Origin: Rhabdothermincola salaria
GTDB taxonomy: Bacteria > Actinomycetota > Acidimicrobiia > Acidimicrobiales > Acidimicrobilacustridaceae
Length of the DNA stretch: 64,000 nucleotides
NCBI RefSeq assembly: GCF_021246445.1
Contig: NZ_JAJQXW010000003.1
Coordinates: 248,001 to 312,000 of the forward strand
Direction of reading: 5' to 3'
A model generated the notes under the pieces. That model searched no databases. It saw nothing but the letters and a program-made list of their open reading frames with translations, and had not been told where the DNA came from. Positions 40,390 to 49,402 of the stretch are shown here, piece after piece. Numbering within the stretch: position 1 is the first letter of the stretch; each line of letters opens with the position of its first letter. The translations under genes were made by a program, and so were the position numbers.

Positions 40390-41886
40390 TCAGCGGCAGT
40401 CCAGACCGGCGGGGGCGGCGTCGGGCACCACGCCGATGATCTCGTCGGTGGCCTCGGCGGCCACGGTCGTGGTGGTCTCGTCCCCGCTCGCCTCGAGCGT
40501 CGTGGTCGTGGTCGCCGGGCGGGCCTCGTCGAGCACGGTGGTGAAGTCCGTGCCGGTGACCAGCACGATCGGAGAGTCCTCGCCCTCGAGTGAGGCGTCC
40601 TCCTCGAGGTCGGCCCCCGACGCCAGCTGGCGGGCCACCTGGTCGGCGTGGCGCTCCATGCCGGGGGCGTAGCGCACGACCGTGCGGGTGTTGGTCTCGT
40701 CGGTGTCGGCTCCGATGGCGGCCTGGTAGCCGAGGCCCTCGAGCTCGCCGGAGACCTCGGTGGCCTGCATCTCGGCCCCGCTGCCGTTGCGCACGATGAG
40801 GCTCACCGAACCAGGCGACACCGCGTCGGGAGGCAGACCACGGAAGACGTTGAGCACCGGCTCGGCCTCGACCTCGACGAGCTCGGCGATCCACGCCCCA
40901 CCGCTGGTGATGCGGTCGGTCACCGGGAGGTTGTGGGTGACGATCTGGTCGCCGGAGAACCCCTGGAAGGCTCGGGCCAGATCGACGATCTCGCCCAGGC
41001 CGAGGCCGTCGTCGATGGTCAGGTTGTCGGCGGTCGAGGCCACCACGTCGTTGACGGCCTTCACGTCGAGGGAACCGAACGAGGCGTTGGCCCGGTCGAT
41101 CACCCGGCGGATGAAGAACTGCTGGCGGCTGATGCGCCCGAAGTCGCCGGTGGGGTCCTCGACCCAGCGACCCTGGGAGTCCTGGTGCTCGAGGTGGCGG
41201 GAGCGGGCGAAGGCCAGGCCCTGGTCGCCGTCGAGCGACTGGCACCCCAGCTCGTACTGGTAGAAGCCCGTGTGCTCGTCTCGCATGGGGCCTTCGAAGT
41301 ACATCGGCACCCCGCCGACGGCGTCGACGACGCCCTTGAAGCTGGAGAAGTCGATCTCCACGTAGTGGTTGATGTCGATGCCGAACTCGGTCTGGATGGT
41401 GTCGACCAGGGCCTGGGCCCCGTTGTTGTAGGCCGTGTTGATCCGTTGCTCCTCGCCGCCGGGCTGGATCGGGATCCACAGGTCTCGCGGGAACGAGATG
41501 AGGTCGACGCTGCTGTTGGCAGCATCGACCCGGGCGATCATGATCGTGTCCGAGCGCTGACCGCTGTGGCCGGCGCCGGGCTCGTTCAGGAAGGCCGAGG
41601 CGTTGGGGTCGTCGCCGGTCACCACCTCGCGGTTGTCGGACCCGACGATCAGGAAGTTCTGGGGTCCGGCGCCGATGGTCTCGGCCAACGCCAGGTCCTT
41701 GCGCTCGACCTGGTTCCACCGGAACCAGCCGTAGCCGAACACGCTGGCCCCGGCCAGCGCCACGAGGGCGACGACCGTGCCCAGCACCACCAGGACCTTG
41801 CGCCGGGCACTCCACCGGGCCCGGCGAGGCAGCGGCTCGCGGGCGTGTCGGAAGGCGGGTTTGCCGGACGGGGGGACTGCAGGCAT
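40390..41886 (-). CDS. LCP-family (LytR-CpsA-Psr) ligase with LytR C-terminal domain
   Basis: NFLIVGSD, RSDTIM, SFPRDL, RINTAY, DFGRISRQQ, VRNGSG. Confidence 0.92.
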   Translation of the reverse strand: MPAVPPSGKPAFRHAREPLPRRARWSARRKVLVVLGTVVALVALAGASVFGYGWFRWNQVERKDLALAETIGAGPQNFLIVGSDNREVVTGDDPNASAFLNEPGAGHSGQRSDTIMIARVDAANSSVDLISFPRDLWIPIQPGGEEQRINTAYNNGAQALVDTIQTEFGIDINHYVEIDFSSFKGVVDAVGGVPMYFEGPMRDEHTGFYQYELGCQSLDGDQGLAFARSRHLEHQDSQGRWVEDPTGDFGRISRQQFFIRRVIDRANASFGSLDVKAVNDVVASTADNLTIDDGLGLGEIVDLARAFQGFSGDQIVTHNLPVTDRITSGGAWIAELVEVEAEPVLNVFRGLPPDAVSPGSVSLIVRNGSGAEMQATEVSGELEGLGYQAAIGADTDETNTRTVVRYAPGMERHADQVARQLASGADLEEDASLEGEDSPIVLVTGTDFTTVLDEARPATTTTTLEASGDETTTTVAAEATDEIIGVVPDAAPAGLDCR

Positions 41887-41982
41887 GACCCGAGGAGCGT
41901 ACCGGCCGGGCTGCGGTGCCCGGCGTCACCTGTGTGTGCGATCGAGCACACCGCAGGTGACGCCGGGAGCCGGTCCGGACGC

Positions 41983-42018
41983 GGCGAGGCCCCCTGCCGA
42001 TCGGCAGGGGGCCTCGCC
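41983..42018. terminator. Perfect 36-bp palindrome downstream of the second DUF4397 gene
   Basis: GGCGAGGCCCCCTGCCGA|TCGGCAGGGGGCCTCGCC. Confidence 0.75.
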
Positions 42019-42063
42019 TCGTCGCTGCTGGTCGACGGGGCGTCCGTCAGACCCTCAGCGGCC

Positions 42064-43266
42064 TCACCCGGTGAAGCGGGGCGTGACGCTGGTGGGCTGG
42101 GCCGGAGCCGGCGTGGGTGCCGGCGTCGGCGTCGGCGTCGGCGTGGGCGCCGGCGTGTCGAAGCAGTTGGCGACGACCCATTCGGTGAGCACCTCGGTGG
42201 CGGCGTCGATCTCGGGGTCCGGCGTGTCGTCGTTCAGGCCGTCGATGATGTCCTGCAGCGCGGCCTCGGGAAGCATCTCGAGGTCGCCGCCGACCAACGC
42301 CAGGCCGGCCGCCAGGTCACGAAGGCCCGCGGTGAGGATCTCCCACTGGGGTTGCACCTCGAGCGGCACGTCGATGTCGCCGAGGAGGATCACGGCGTTC
42401 AACGCGTCCACGACGTCCATGACCTCGTCGGGCGTCGGGTAGGTGCCGGGCTCGCCGACCACGACGCCGGCGAAGAGGGCGTCGAGCAGGATGGTGGCCT
42501 CGCTCAGCCCGAGCACGTCGTTGCAGAAGGCCGGGTCCGGCATGTTGTCGGGACGTTCCTGGCCGACGACGAGCACCTGGACGCAGTTGGCGCCGCACGT
42601 CTCGACCGCCGTGGCGGTCAGGGCGAAGCTGGTACCGGCGACGAGGTTGACGTCGTTGGTCTCGGGATCGCACCCGAGGCCCAGATCGAGGCTCAGGCCG
42701 TACACGCCCTCGGGCACCTCGGCGATGCCGGCGTTGGGGAAGGTGATCTCCTCCAGGCCTGCGACGGCCTCGCCGTCGAGGCAGACCGAGACGGGGCCCA
42801 CGCCGGCCGGGATGGCGTGGTTGAACTGGAACCGGGCCATGCCCAGACCCGTGGGCGTCGTGTCGACGACGAACTGGGCGAGCGTCCCGACGGGCGGGGG
42901 CGGGCCGGCGACGTTCGGCTCGACGACCAGGGTGTAGGTCGTCCCACCGGCCACCGAGATGACCCCGCTCAGGACGGTCTGGGCGGCACCGCCCGGGGCG
43001 CAGGTGTCGTCGGTCGAGCCGGCGAAGCAGACGACCACGTCGTGGTCGCCGGCGGACAGGCCGACATCGAAGCTCTCGCCCGAGGCGAGGTCCGACGCGG
43101 CCTCCAGGCCATTGACCCAGACGTCGACATCGACCTCGGGGCCGCCAGGGATGCCATGGATGACTCGCAGGTCACCCGTCGTCGACGTTGCCGCCTGCAC
43201 TGCGCCGGTGGCCGGCACGAGCGCCATCAGCAACCCGAGACACGCCGCTATGGCGATCTTTCTCAC
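42064..43266 (-). CDS. Secreted DUF4397-domain protein with extra Cys-containing helical domain
   Basis: GAGGAG RBS before GTG 43266; signal peptide; LRVIHGIPGGPEVDVDVWVNG and RFQFNHAIP repeats; PT tether; ends PRFTG*. Confidence 0.78.
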   Translation of the reverse strand: MRKIAIAACLGLLMALVPATGAVQAATSTTGDLRVIHGIPGGPEVDVDVWVNGLEAASDLASGESFDVGLSAGDHDVVVCFAGSTDDTCAPGGAAQTVLSGVISVAGGTTYTLVVEPNVAGPPPPVGTLAQFVVDTTPTGLGMARFQFNHAIPAGVGPVSVCLDGEAVAGLEEITFPNAGIAEVPEGVYGLSLDLGLGCDPETNDVNLVAGTSFALTATAVETCGANCVQVLVVGQERPDNMPDPAFCNDVLGLSEATILLDALFAGVVVGEPGTYPTPDEVMDVVDALNAVILLGDIDVPLEVQPQWEILTAGLRDLAAGLALVGGDLEMLPEAALQDIIDGLNDDTPDPEIDAATEVLTEWVVANCFDTPAPTPTPTPTPAPTPAPAQPTSVTPRFTG

Positions 43267-43344
43267 GTTGTCCCTCCTCAGGGTCATGGCGACCTGGTAC
43301 GTGATGCACCGCCTCCGCCGCCGAGGCGAGATGTTAGCCGTGAA

Positions 43345-43358
43345 GTGACGTTCGTCAC
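43345..43358. promoter_or_regulatory. CRP/GlxR-type site upstream of the DUF4397 gene
   Basis: GTGA-CGTTCG-TCAC, just upstream of a minus-strand -10 TAACAT. Confidence 0.5.
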
Positions 43359-43425
43359 GTGATTTGTGCCAGACCCCCCGCCGAGGTGGTGTCCGAGCGA
43401 GCTCCCGGTGCGGTCGGGCGGGGGC

Positions 43426-44667
43426 TCAGCTCGCGACCTTGGGCTCCTTGGGCAGGCCCAGGACCCGCTCACCGACGATGTTGCGCTGGATCTCGGCGGT
43501 CCCGCCCCAGATCGTCTCCGAGCGGCTGAAGAAGAAGGCCGACTGCAAGGCGTTGGCCGGGTACTCGGCGTTGGTGGCCCGGCGGCCGTAGCCCGGCACC
43601 GACTCCTCCTTGCCCGGCTCCCCCAGCAGCAGCTGTGCCTTCACCCCCAGGATGTCGATGGCCAGCTCCATGACCTCCTGGTGGTACTCGCTCCAGAACA
43701 TCTTGTTGGTCGCCCCGAGCGCGGCGACGCCCTTGTCCTTCTTGCCCGACACGACGGTGGCGAGCGAACGCAACCCGTTGATCCGCATGATCTGGACCTT
43801 GGAGTGGCAGGCGGCGATGCGCTGACGGATGACGGGATGGTCGATGGCCCCGTTGCCCCGGGCGATCTCGATGATGCTGTTCAGCTCGTTCTCGAAGCGG
43901 CGGTAGCCGGTGGTGGCCGACGTGCCCCGCTCGAAGCCGAGCGTGGTCATGGCCACGGCCCAGCCGTTGTTGAGGCCGCCCACCACGTTGTCCTTCGGGC
44001 AACGGGCGTTGGTGAAGAAGACCTCGGCGAACTCCGCGGCGCCGTCGATCTGCTTGATCGGCCTCACCTCGACACCGGGCTGGTCCATGGGGCACAGCAG
44101 GTAGGAGATGCCCTTGTGCTTGGGGGCGTCCTTGTCGGTGCGGCACAGCACGAAGACGTAGTCGGCCACGAAGCCCTGGGTGGTCCAGATCTTCTGCCCG
44201 TTGATGACCCACTCGTCGCCGTCGAGCTCGGCGGTGGTCTTGAGCGAGGCCATGTCGGACCCGGCATCGGGTTCGGAGAACCCCTGGCACCAGGCGATGG
44301 TGCCCGAGAGGATGCCGGGGATGAACTCCTTCTTCTGCTCCTCGGTGCCCCACTGCAAGATGGTGGGACCGACGAGGGTGTCACCGAAGAAGTCGCCGCG
44401 CATGGGGGCGCCGGCCCGGGCGAACTCCTCGGAGAGCACCACGCCCTGCATGGTCGTGAGGCCCTTGCCGCCGTACTCCGTCGGCCAGGTGGCGCAGATC
44501 CAACCGCCCTCGAAGAGCTTGCCGGTCCACTCCTCGAGCCAGGCCCCGCGCTCCTGGTCGGTCATGGTGAAGCCCTCGTCGAACCAGCCCTCGGGGAGGT
44601 TGTCCTCGAGCCACTGGCGGATCTCGGTGCGGAACGCCTCGGCTTCAGGTGGATAGGTCAGGTCCAT
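43426..44667 (-). CDS. Acyl-CoA dehydrogenase
   Basis: WPTEYGG, WCQGFSEPDAGSD, INGQKIWTT, TIWGGTAEIQRNIVGERVLGLP. Confidence 0.94.
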   Translation of the reverse strand: MDLTYPPEAEAFRTEIRQWLEDNLPEGWFDEGFTMTDQERGAWLEEWTGKLFEGGWICATWPTEYGGKGLTTMQGVVLSEEFARAGAPMRGDFFGDTLVGPTILQWGTEEQKKEFIPGILSGTIAWCQGFSEPDAGSDMASLKTTAELDGDEWVINGQKIWTTQGFVADYVFVLCRTDKDAPKHKGISYLLCPMDQPGVEVRPIKQIDGAAEFAEVFFTNARCPKDNVVGGLNNGWAVAMTTLGFERGTSATTGYRRFENELNSIIEIARGNGAIDHPVIRQRIAACHSKVQIMRINGLRSLATVVSGKKDKGVAALGATNKMFWSEYHQEVMELAIDILGVKAQLLLGEPGKEESVPGYGRRATNAEYPANALQSAFFFSRSETIWGGTAEIQRNIVGERVLGLPKEPKVAS

Positions 44668-44674
44668 GCCCCAT

Positions 44675-44694
44675 TCTTGACCGAGCGGTCAAGA
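44675..44694. promoter_or_regulatory. Perfect inverted-repeat operator in the divergent ACAD/FrhB promoter
   Basis: TCTTGACCG-AG-CGGTCAAGA. Confidence 0.7.
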
Positions 44695-44742
44695 GCGGTC
44701 CAACTCCTGGGCGACCGGCGCCGGTTGGCTACCGTGCAGCCC

Positions 44743-45948
44743 ATGAGCACCACCTCCGACGCCACGCCCGCGGCCCCTTCCGTGCCCGCCAAGCCCAAGG
44801 CCGAGCGCTGGAGCTTCCAGTGGAAGGAGCTCTTCAGCGAGGTCATCACCTCCGGGCTGTGCACCGGCTGCGCGGGATGTGTGATCTCCTGCCCCCACGA
44901 CGTCATCGGCTACGACCACACCGCCGGCGGCTACACGCCCTTCCACCTCGAGGAAGAGCTGGGCCTCGACAACTGCGTGCACGGCGAGAAGGGCTGCACC
45001 TCGTGCACGAGGGCGTGCCCCCGGTTCCGGTTGTGGGAGCCGCAGGCCGACGAGCACCTCTTCGGCCGCGAACGAGAGGACGACGAGATCGCCGGCATCC
45101 ACGGCGACATCCTCCTCACCCGGGCCTCCGACGACATGGTGCACCGCATGGGCCAGGACGGCGGGCTGGTGTCGGCCATCCTCATCTGGGCCATGCAGGA
45201 GGGCTACATCGACGGTGCCCTGACCTCCTACCTCGAGGGCGGAGCCGACTCCGGCAGCTGGAAGGCCGTGCCCGGCGTGGCGTCCGACCGCGACGAGGTC
45301 CTCGCCGCGGCCGGTAGTCGCTACACCTACTCGGCCAACACCCTGGCCATCGACGAGGCCCTCGAGAAGGGGCTGTCCAAGCTGGCCCTGGTGGGCATGA
45401 GCTGCCAGTCGTCGGTGCCGCCGGTGATGTGGAGCCGCAAGGTCGGCAAGATCTCCAAGCCCATCGTGTTCAACATCGGGCTGCTCTGCTCCAAGACCTT
45501 CGACGACGCCATCTTCGAAGAGCTCTTCGAGGCCAAGTACCGCCTCCGCAAGTCCGAGATCGTGAAGATGAACATCAAGGGCGTCTTCCAGATCTGGATG
45601 CGCGACGGCAGCTACCACGAGGTCAACCTGAAGGAGTGCCACGCCTGGACGCGTGAGGGCTGCACCCACTGCCCCGACTTCGCCGCCGAGCACGCCGACA
45701 TCTCCACCGGGGGCATCGGCAAGGACAACGACTGGACCCTCACCATCGTGCGCACCGATCTCGGTCGCGAGATCATCGATCGCATGATCGCCGACGGCTC
45801 GATCGTGGCCCGGCCCGGCGACGAGGACCCGGGGGCCATCGCCCTCATGCGCAAGCTGGCCGAGAAGAGCCGGTCGCGTTGGCCCCAGTGGGCCGAGCCG
45901 GTGGTGCGCCTGGGCCTGCCCGAGAAGAAGGCCAAGGCCAAGACCTGA
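44743..45948 (+). CDS. Ferredoxin-FrhB/FdhB (coenzyme F420 hydrogenase/dehydrogenase beta-family) protein
   Basis: CTGCAGCVISCP and GCTSCTRACP; QDGGLVSAIL, AAGSRY, VGMSCQ, IGLLCS, CTHCPDFAAEHADISTG. Confidence 0.88.
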   Translation: MSTTSDATPAAPSVPAKPKAERWSFQWKELFSEVITSGLCTGCAGCVISCPHDVIGYDHTAGGYTPFHLEEELGLDNCVHGEKGCTSCTRACPRFRLWEPQADEHLFGREREDDEIAGIHGDILLTRASDDMVHRMGQDGGLVSAILIWAMQEGYIDGALTSYLEGGADSGSWKAVPGVASDRDEVLAAAGSRYTYSANTLAIDEALEKGLSKLALVGMSCQSSVPPVMWSRKVGKISKPIVFNIGLLCSKTFDDAIFEELFEAKYRLRKSEIVKMNIKGVFQIWMRDGSYHEVNLKECHAWTREGCTHCPDFAAEHADISTGGIGKDNDWTLTIVRTDLGREIIDRMIADGSIVARPGDEDPGAIALMRKLAEKSRSRWPQWAEPVVRLGLPEKKAKAKT

Positions 45949-45998
45949 ACCCGGTCCGGGCCGCCGACCGGGGCCGAGGCCCGGCAGGAGAGCCCGGG

Positions 45999-46478
45999 TC
46001 AGCCCTCGGTCGTGGTGGTGGACTCGTCGTCCGCCGAGGTGTCGCCGGTGGGCCGATCCGGCAGCGCACAGCTGCCCAGGGCGTCCTGCACGTCGTCGGG
46101 GAGCTGATCGAACTCCGCCGCCGGATCGTCGTTGCTGCCCAAGGCGTTGTCGAGCTCGGAGAAGGTCGGACCTTCGTAGCCGCTCTGGGAGGCGTCGTCG
46201 GAGTTGTACGGCACCATGTCGACGAAGACCTGGTACTGGCAGCGGCACTGCTCGTCGCTGCCGCCGGTGACATCCGGTGACAGCGTGGCGTCGGTGCCGG
46301 CCAGCGTGTCGTCGGTGAGGGTGTACGAGCGGTTGGTGCAGGCCTCGAGGAAGTTCTTCTCGACGATCGCCTCGTAGGAGTCCGGCGTGTTGCTCTCGCC
46401 GCAGGCGGCCAGCGTGAGGCCGAGCACGAGGGCCACTCCGGCCATCGCGGCAGTCCGTCGTCGCTGCATCGTGTCCAA
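45999..46478 (-). CDS. Hypothetical lipoprotein
   Basis: RRR + hydrophobic stretch + LAAC lipobox; four further Cys. Confidence 0.7.
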   Translation of the reverse strand: MDTMQRRRTAAMAGVALVLGLTLAACGESNTPDSYEAIVEKNFLEACTNRSYTLTDDTLAGTDATLSPDVTGGSDEQCRCQYQVFVDMVPYNSDDASQSGYEGPTFSELDNALGSNDDPAAEFDQLPDDVQDALGSCALPDRPTGDTSADDESTTTTEG

Positions 46479-46578
46479 ACCGTCCTCGTGGGTCGTTCGC
46501 CGACCCCTTCGGGGTCGGGCCGCGGGACACCGTAGCCGCGACGCCCTCGGGCCCCGAATCGGGGGGGGCCGCCGGGCC

Positions 46579-47256
46579 TCAGGCCGGCGCCAGGCCGGCC
46601 AGGGCCCGAGCCCGGGCGAAGACCGCGTCGAGCATGGGCTCGGTGAGGCGGCCGGTGAAGGTGTTCTGCTGGCTCACGTGGTAGCAGCCCAGGAGGGTGC
46701 GGCCGTGGCCGAGGTCCACCTCGACGCCGTGGCCGAAGCGGGGTCGGGGCCGCAGGCCGAGGTGCGCCGCCACTGCGGCGAAGCCGAACCCGCCCAACGC
46801 CACGATCACCCGGAGCTCACCCAGCACGTCGAGCTCACGGGCGAGGAAGGGAGCGCACGCATCGCGTTCGGTGGGGAGGGGCTTGTTGGCCGGCGGCGCG
46901 CACTTCACCGGGGCGGTGACGTAGGCGTCGGCGAGGGCCAACCCGTCGTCGAGGCCCACGCTCTCGGCCTGGTTGGCGAGCCCGGCCCGCCACAGCGCCC
47001 GGTAGAGCCACTCCCCCGAGCGGTCACCGGTGAACATCCGCCCGGTGCGGTTGGCCCCGTGCGCCGCCGGGGCCAGGCCCACCACCACGATGCAAGCCGA
47101 CGGGTCGCCGAACCCGGGCACGGGACGACCCCAGTACTCCTCGTCGGCGTAGGCGGCGCGCTTGGTGGCGGCCACCTCCTCGCGCCACGCCACCAAGCGT
47201 GGGCAACGGCGACAGCCGACCACGTCGGCAGCCACGGCGACGAGCGAGTCGGACAC
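46579..47256 (-). CDS. udgB: Family-5 uracil-DNA glycosylase
   Basis: CRRCPRL, GLAPAAHGANRTGRMFTGD, KCAPPANKP, YHVSQQN. Confidence 0.92.
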   Translation of the reverse strand: MSDSLVAVAADVVGCRRCPRLVAWREEVAATKRAAYADEEYWGRPVPGFGDPSACIVVVGLAPAAHGANRTGRMFTGDRSGEWLYRALWRAGLANQAESVGLDDGLALADAYVTAPVKCAPPANKPLPTERDACAPFLARELDVLGELRVIVALGGFGFAAVAAHLGLRPRPRFGHGVEVDLGHGRTLLGCYHVSQQNTFTGRLTEPMLDAVFARARALAGLAPA

Positions 47257-47346
47257 CGTCGCGACGGTAGCGGTCCGTCGTCGACCGGCCCTCCTGGGGC
47301 CGGACCCCCGCGACCCGCCCGCCCCTCGGTATCGTGACCGACGCCC

Positions 47347-47994
47347 ATGGCTGCCCGATCCAAAACCCCCCGACCCACCCTCGTGCTGCTGGTGCGCCAC
47401 GGCCAGACCCCCACCACCGGCGCCACCCTGCCGGGGCGGGCCCCCGGCCTGCACCTCGCGGAGGCCGGCCGGGCCCAGGCCGACCGGGCGGCCGACCGCA
47501 TCGCCGCGCTCGAGCAGGTGGCGGCCGTCTACGCCTCGCCGCTCGAGCGCACCCGCGAGACCGCCGCCCCCATCGCCCGCGCCCGGCGCCTGCGGGTGCG
47601 CACCGACAAGGGCCTGCTCGAGTGCGACTTCGGCGAATGGACGGGCAAGAAGCTCGCCGACCTCCGCAAGAAGCCGGCCTGGGAGACCGTCCAGCGCTAC
47701 CCGAGCGGTTTCCGCTTCCCCGGGGGCGAGTCGTTCGTGGAGATGCAGACCCGCATGGGCTCCGCGCTCGACCGCCTCGTCGCCCGCCACCCCGGCGAGA
47801 CCATCGTGGCCGTGTCGCACGCCGATCCCATCAAGGCCGCGCTGGCGCAGGCCCTCGGCACCCACCTCGACCTCTTCCAGCGCATCGTCGTGTCGCCCTG
47901 CTCCATCTCCGCGGTGCTCTACGGCCCCGGCGGACCGGCGGTACTGGCGGCCAACTCCACCGGCGACGACCTCAGCGCCCTCGGCCTCTCCTGA
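47347..47994 (+). CDS. MSMEG_4193-family histidine phosphatase/phosphomutase
   Basis: LVRHGQT, SPLERTRETA, ECDFGEWTG, SHADPIKA, HLDLFQRI. Confidence 0.88.
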   Translation: MAARSKTPRPTLVLLVRHGQTPTTGATLPGRAPGLHLAEAGRAQADRAADRIAALEQVAAVYASPLERTRETAAPIARARRLRVRTDKGLLECDFGEWTGKKLADLRKKPAWETVQRYPSGFRFPGGESFVEMQTRMGSALDRLVARHPGETIVAVSHADPIKAALAQALGTHLDLFQRIVVSPCSISAVLYGPGGPAVLAANSTGDDLSALGLS

Positions 47995-48002
47995 TCGCAC
48001 CC

Positions 48003-48509
48003 ATGCTGGATTCCTTCGACTTCCCCGATCCCACCCAGGTCATGCCCGTCGCCCTCGGCGAGCCCGGCGACCGCCTCTTCCTGCTCCAGGTGGTGCACGA
48101 CGACGTGCCCGTGCTGTTCAAGGTGGAGAAGTCCCAGGTGGCTGCGCTGTGCGACTACCTCGGCGGCATCCTGGCCGACCTCCCCCCCATCGACGAGGCC
48201 GACATCCCCGGCGACCCCGAACCGCCCGATCCCCGCACGGCCATCACCTCGTGGCCGATCGCCTCGTTGGCCGTGGCCTACGAGGAGGACACCGACCGCA
48301 TCCTGGTCGTGGCCGAGCCCTTCGACGACGTCGTCGACGAGGCCGACCCCGACAGCGAGCCCCCGACCGCCCGCATCCGCATGACGCGCGCCCAGGTGGC
48401 CGGCTTCATCCGCACGGGTCGGGCCCTCGTCGCCGCCGGACGACCTCCGTGCCCGCTGTGCGGCCTGCCCACGGGACCGGGGAGGCACGCGTGCCCCCGG
48501 ATGAACTGA
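48003..48509 (+). CDS. DUF3090-family protein
   Basis: GEPGDRLFLLQ, EKSQV, AAGRPPCPLCG...HACPRMN. Confidence 0.85.
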   Translation: MLDSFDFPDPTQVMPVALGEPGDRLFLLQVVHDDVPVLFKVEKSQVAALCDYLGGILADLPPIDEADIPGDPEPPDPRTAITSWPIASLAVAYEEDTDRILVVAEPFDDVVDEADPDSEPPTARIRMTRAQVAGFIRTGRALVAAGRPPCPLCGLPTGPGRHACPRMN

Positions 48510-49201
48510 GCCTGCGCCCCGTCCTCGAGCACGGCGCCCTGGAGATCATCGGCCGCATGCCGTGGAGCTCCAACGGCACGTTCCTCGCCGAGGCCTGCCT
48601 CGACGGACGCACCGAGCGGGCCATCTACAAGCCCCACCGGGGTGAGCGGCCGCTCTGGGACTTCCCCGACGGCCTCTACCGCCGGGAGGTGGCCGCCTAC
48701 GAGCTCAGCCACGCCCTCGGATGGGACCTCGTGCCCCTCACCGTGCTGCGCGAGGAAGGTCCCCTCGGCGTGGGATCGCTGCAGGCCTTCGTCGAGGCCG
48801 ACTTCGAGCAGCACTACTTCACCCTCCTCGAGGACGAGGAGCACCACCCCACGTTCCGGCGCCTGGCTGCCTTCGACTTCGTGGCCAACAACACCGACCG
48901 CAAGGGCGGGCACTGCCTGCTGGGTCCGGGGGGCCGCATCTGGGGCATCGACAACGGGTTGTCGTTCCACGCCGAGTTCAAGCTGCGCACGGTCATCTGG
49001 GACTTCGCCGGCGAGCCGCTCGATCCCGACGCCATCGCCGACCTGCGACGCCTCGTCGACGACGGCCTCCCCGAACCCCTGGCGGCCCTGCTCGGGACCT
49101 TCGAGCGCGATGCGCTGGTCACCCGGGCCCGGGCGCTGGTGCGCGAAGGCACCCTGCCGGTCGACCCCACCGGCCACCGCTACCCCTGGCCGCTGGTCTG
49201 A
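48491..49201 (+). CDS. SCO1664-family kinase-like protein
   Basis: IYKPHRGERPLWDFP, REVAAY, NNTDRKGGH, IDNGLSFH, KLRTVIW. Confidence 0.88.
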   Translation: MPPDELSLRPVLEHGALEIIGRMPWSSNGTFLAEACLDGRTERAIYKPHRGERPLWDFPDGLYRREVAAYELSHALGWDLVPLTVLREEGPLGVGSLQAFVEADFEQHYFTLLEDEEHHPTFRRLAAFDFVANNTDRKGGHCLLGPGGRIWGIDNGLSFHAEFKLRTVIWDFAGEPLDPDAIADLRRLVDDGLPEPLAALLGTFERDALVTRARALVREGTLPVDPTGHRYPWPLV

Positions 49202-49330
49202 GCGAGCGCCGCCCCACGCGGCGGTGCCGGCCCCGACGGTGGCATCGAGGGGTGGTGAGGAAGGCTCGCCCGGGACCTCGCCGGGCGCCAGCAGACGGGC
49301 CAGCCCGGCCACGGGCCCGCAGGCGCTACG

Positions 49331-49365
49331 CGAACCGACCCCGGCACGAGGCCGGGGTCGGTTCG
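49331..49365. terminator. Bidirectional hairpin between SCO1664-family gene and etfA
   Basis: CGAACCGACCCCGGC-acgag-GCCGGGGTCGGTTCG, 15-bp stem. Confidence 0.75.
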
Positions 49366-49402
49366 ACGAAGGGTCGGTGCGGCCCGGTGGGGCCGCCTGC
49401 GC

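Noticed and set aside
36218..43400. Genomic island integrated at tRNA-Arg(CCG)
   Set aside because: There is no integrase, I found no duplicate of the tRNA 3' end, and composition is unchanged.
44743..45948. F420-reducing [NiFe] hydrogenase locus or archaeal contamination
   Set aside because: There are no large/small subunit or hyp genes, and codon style and neighbours match the host.
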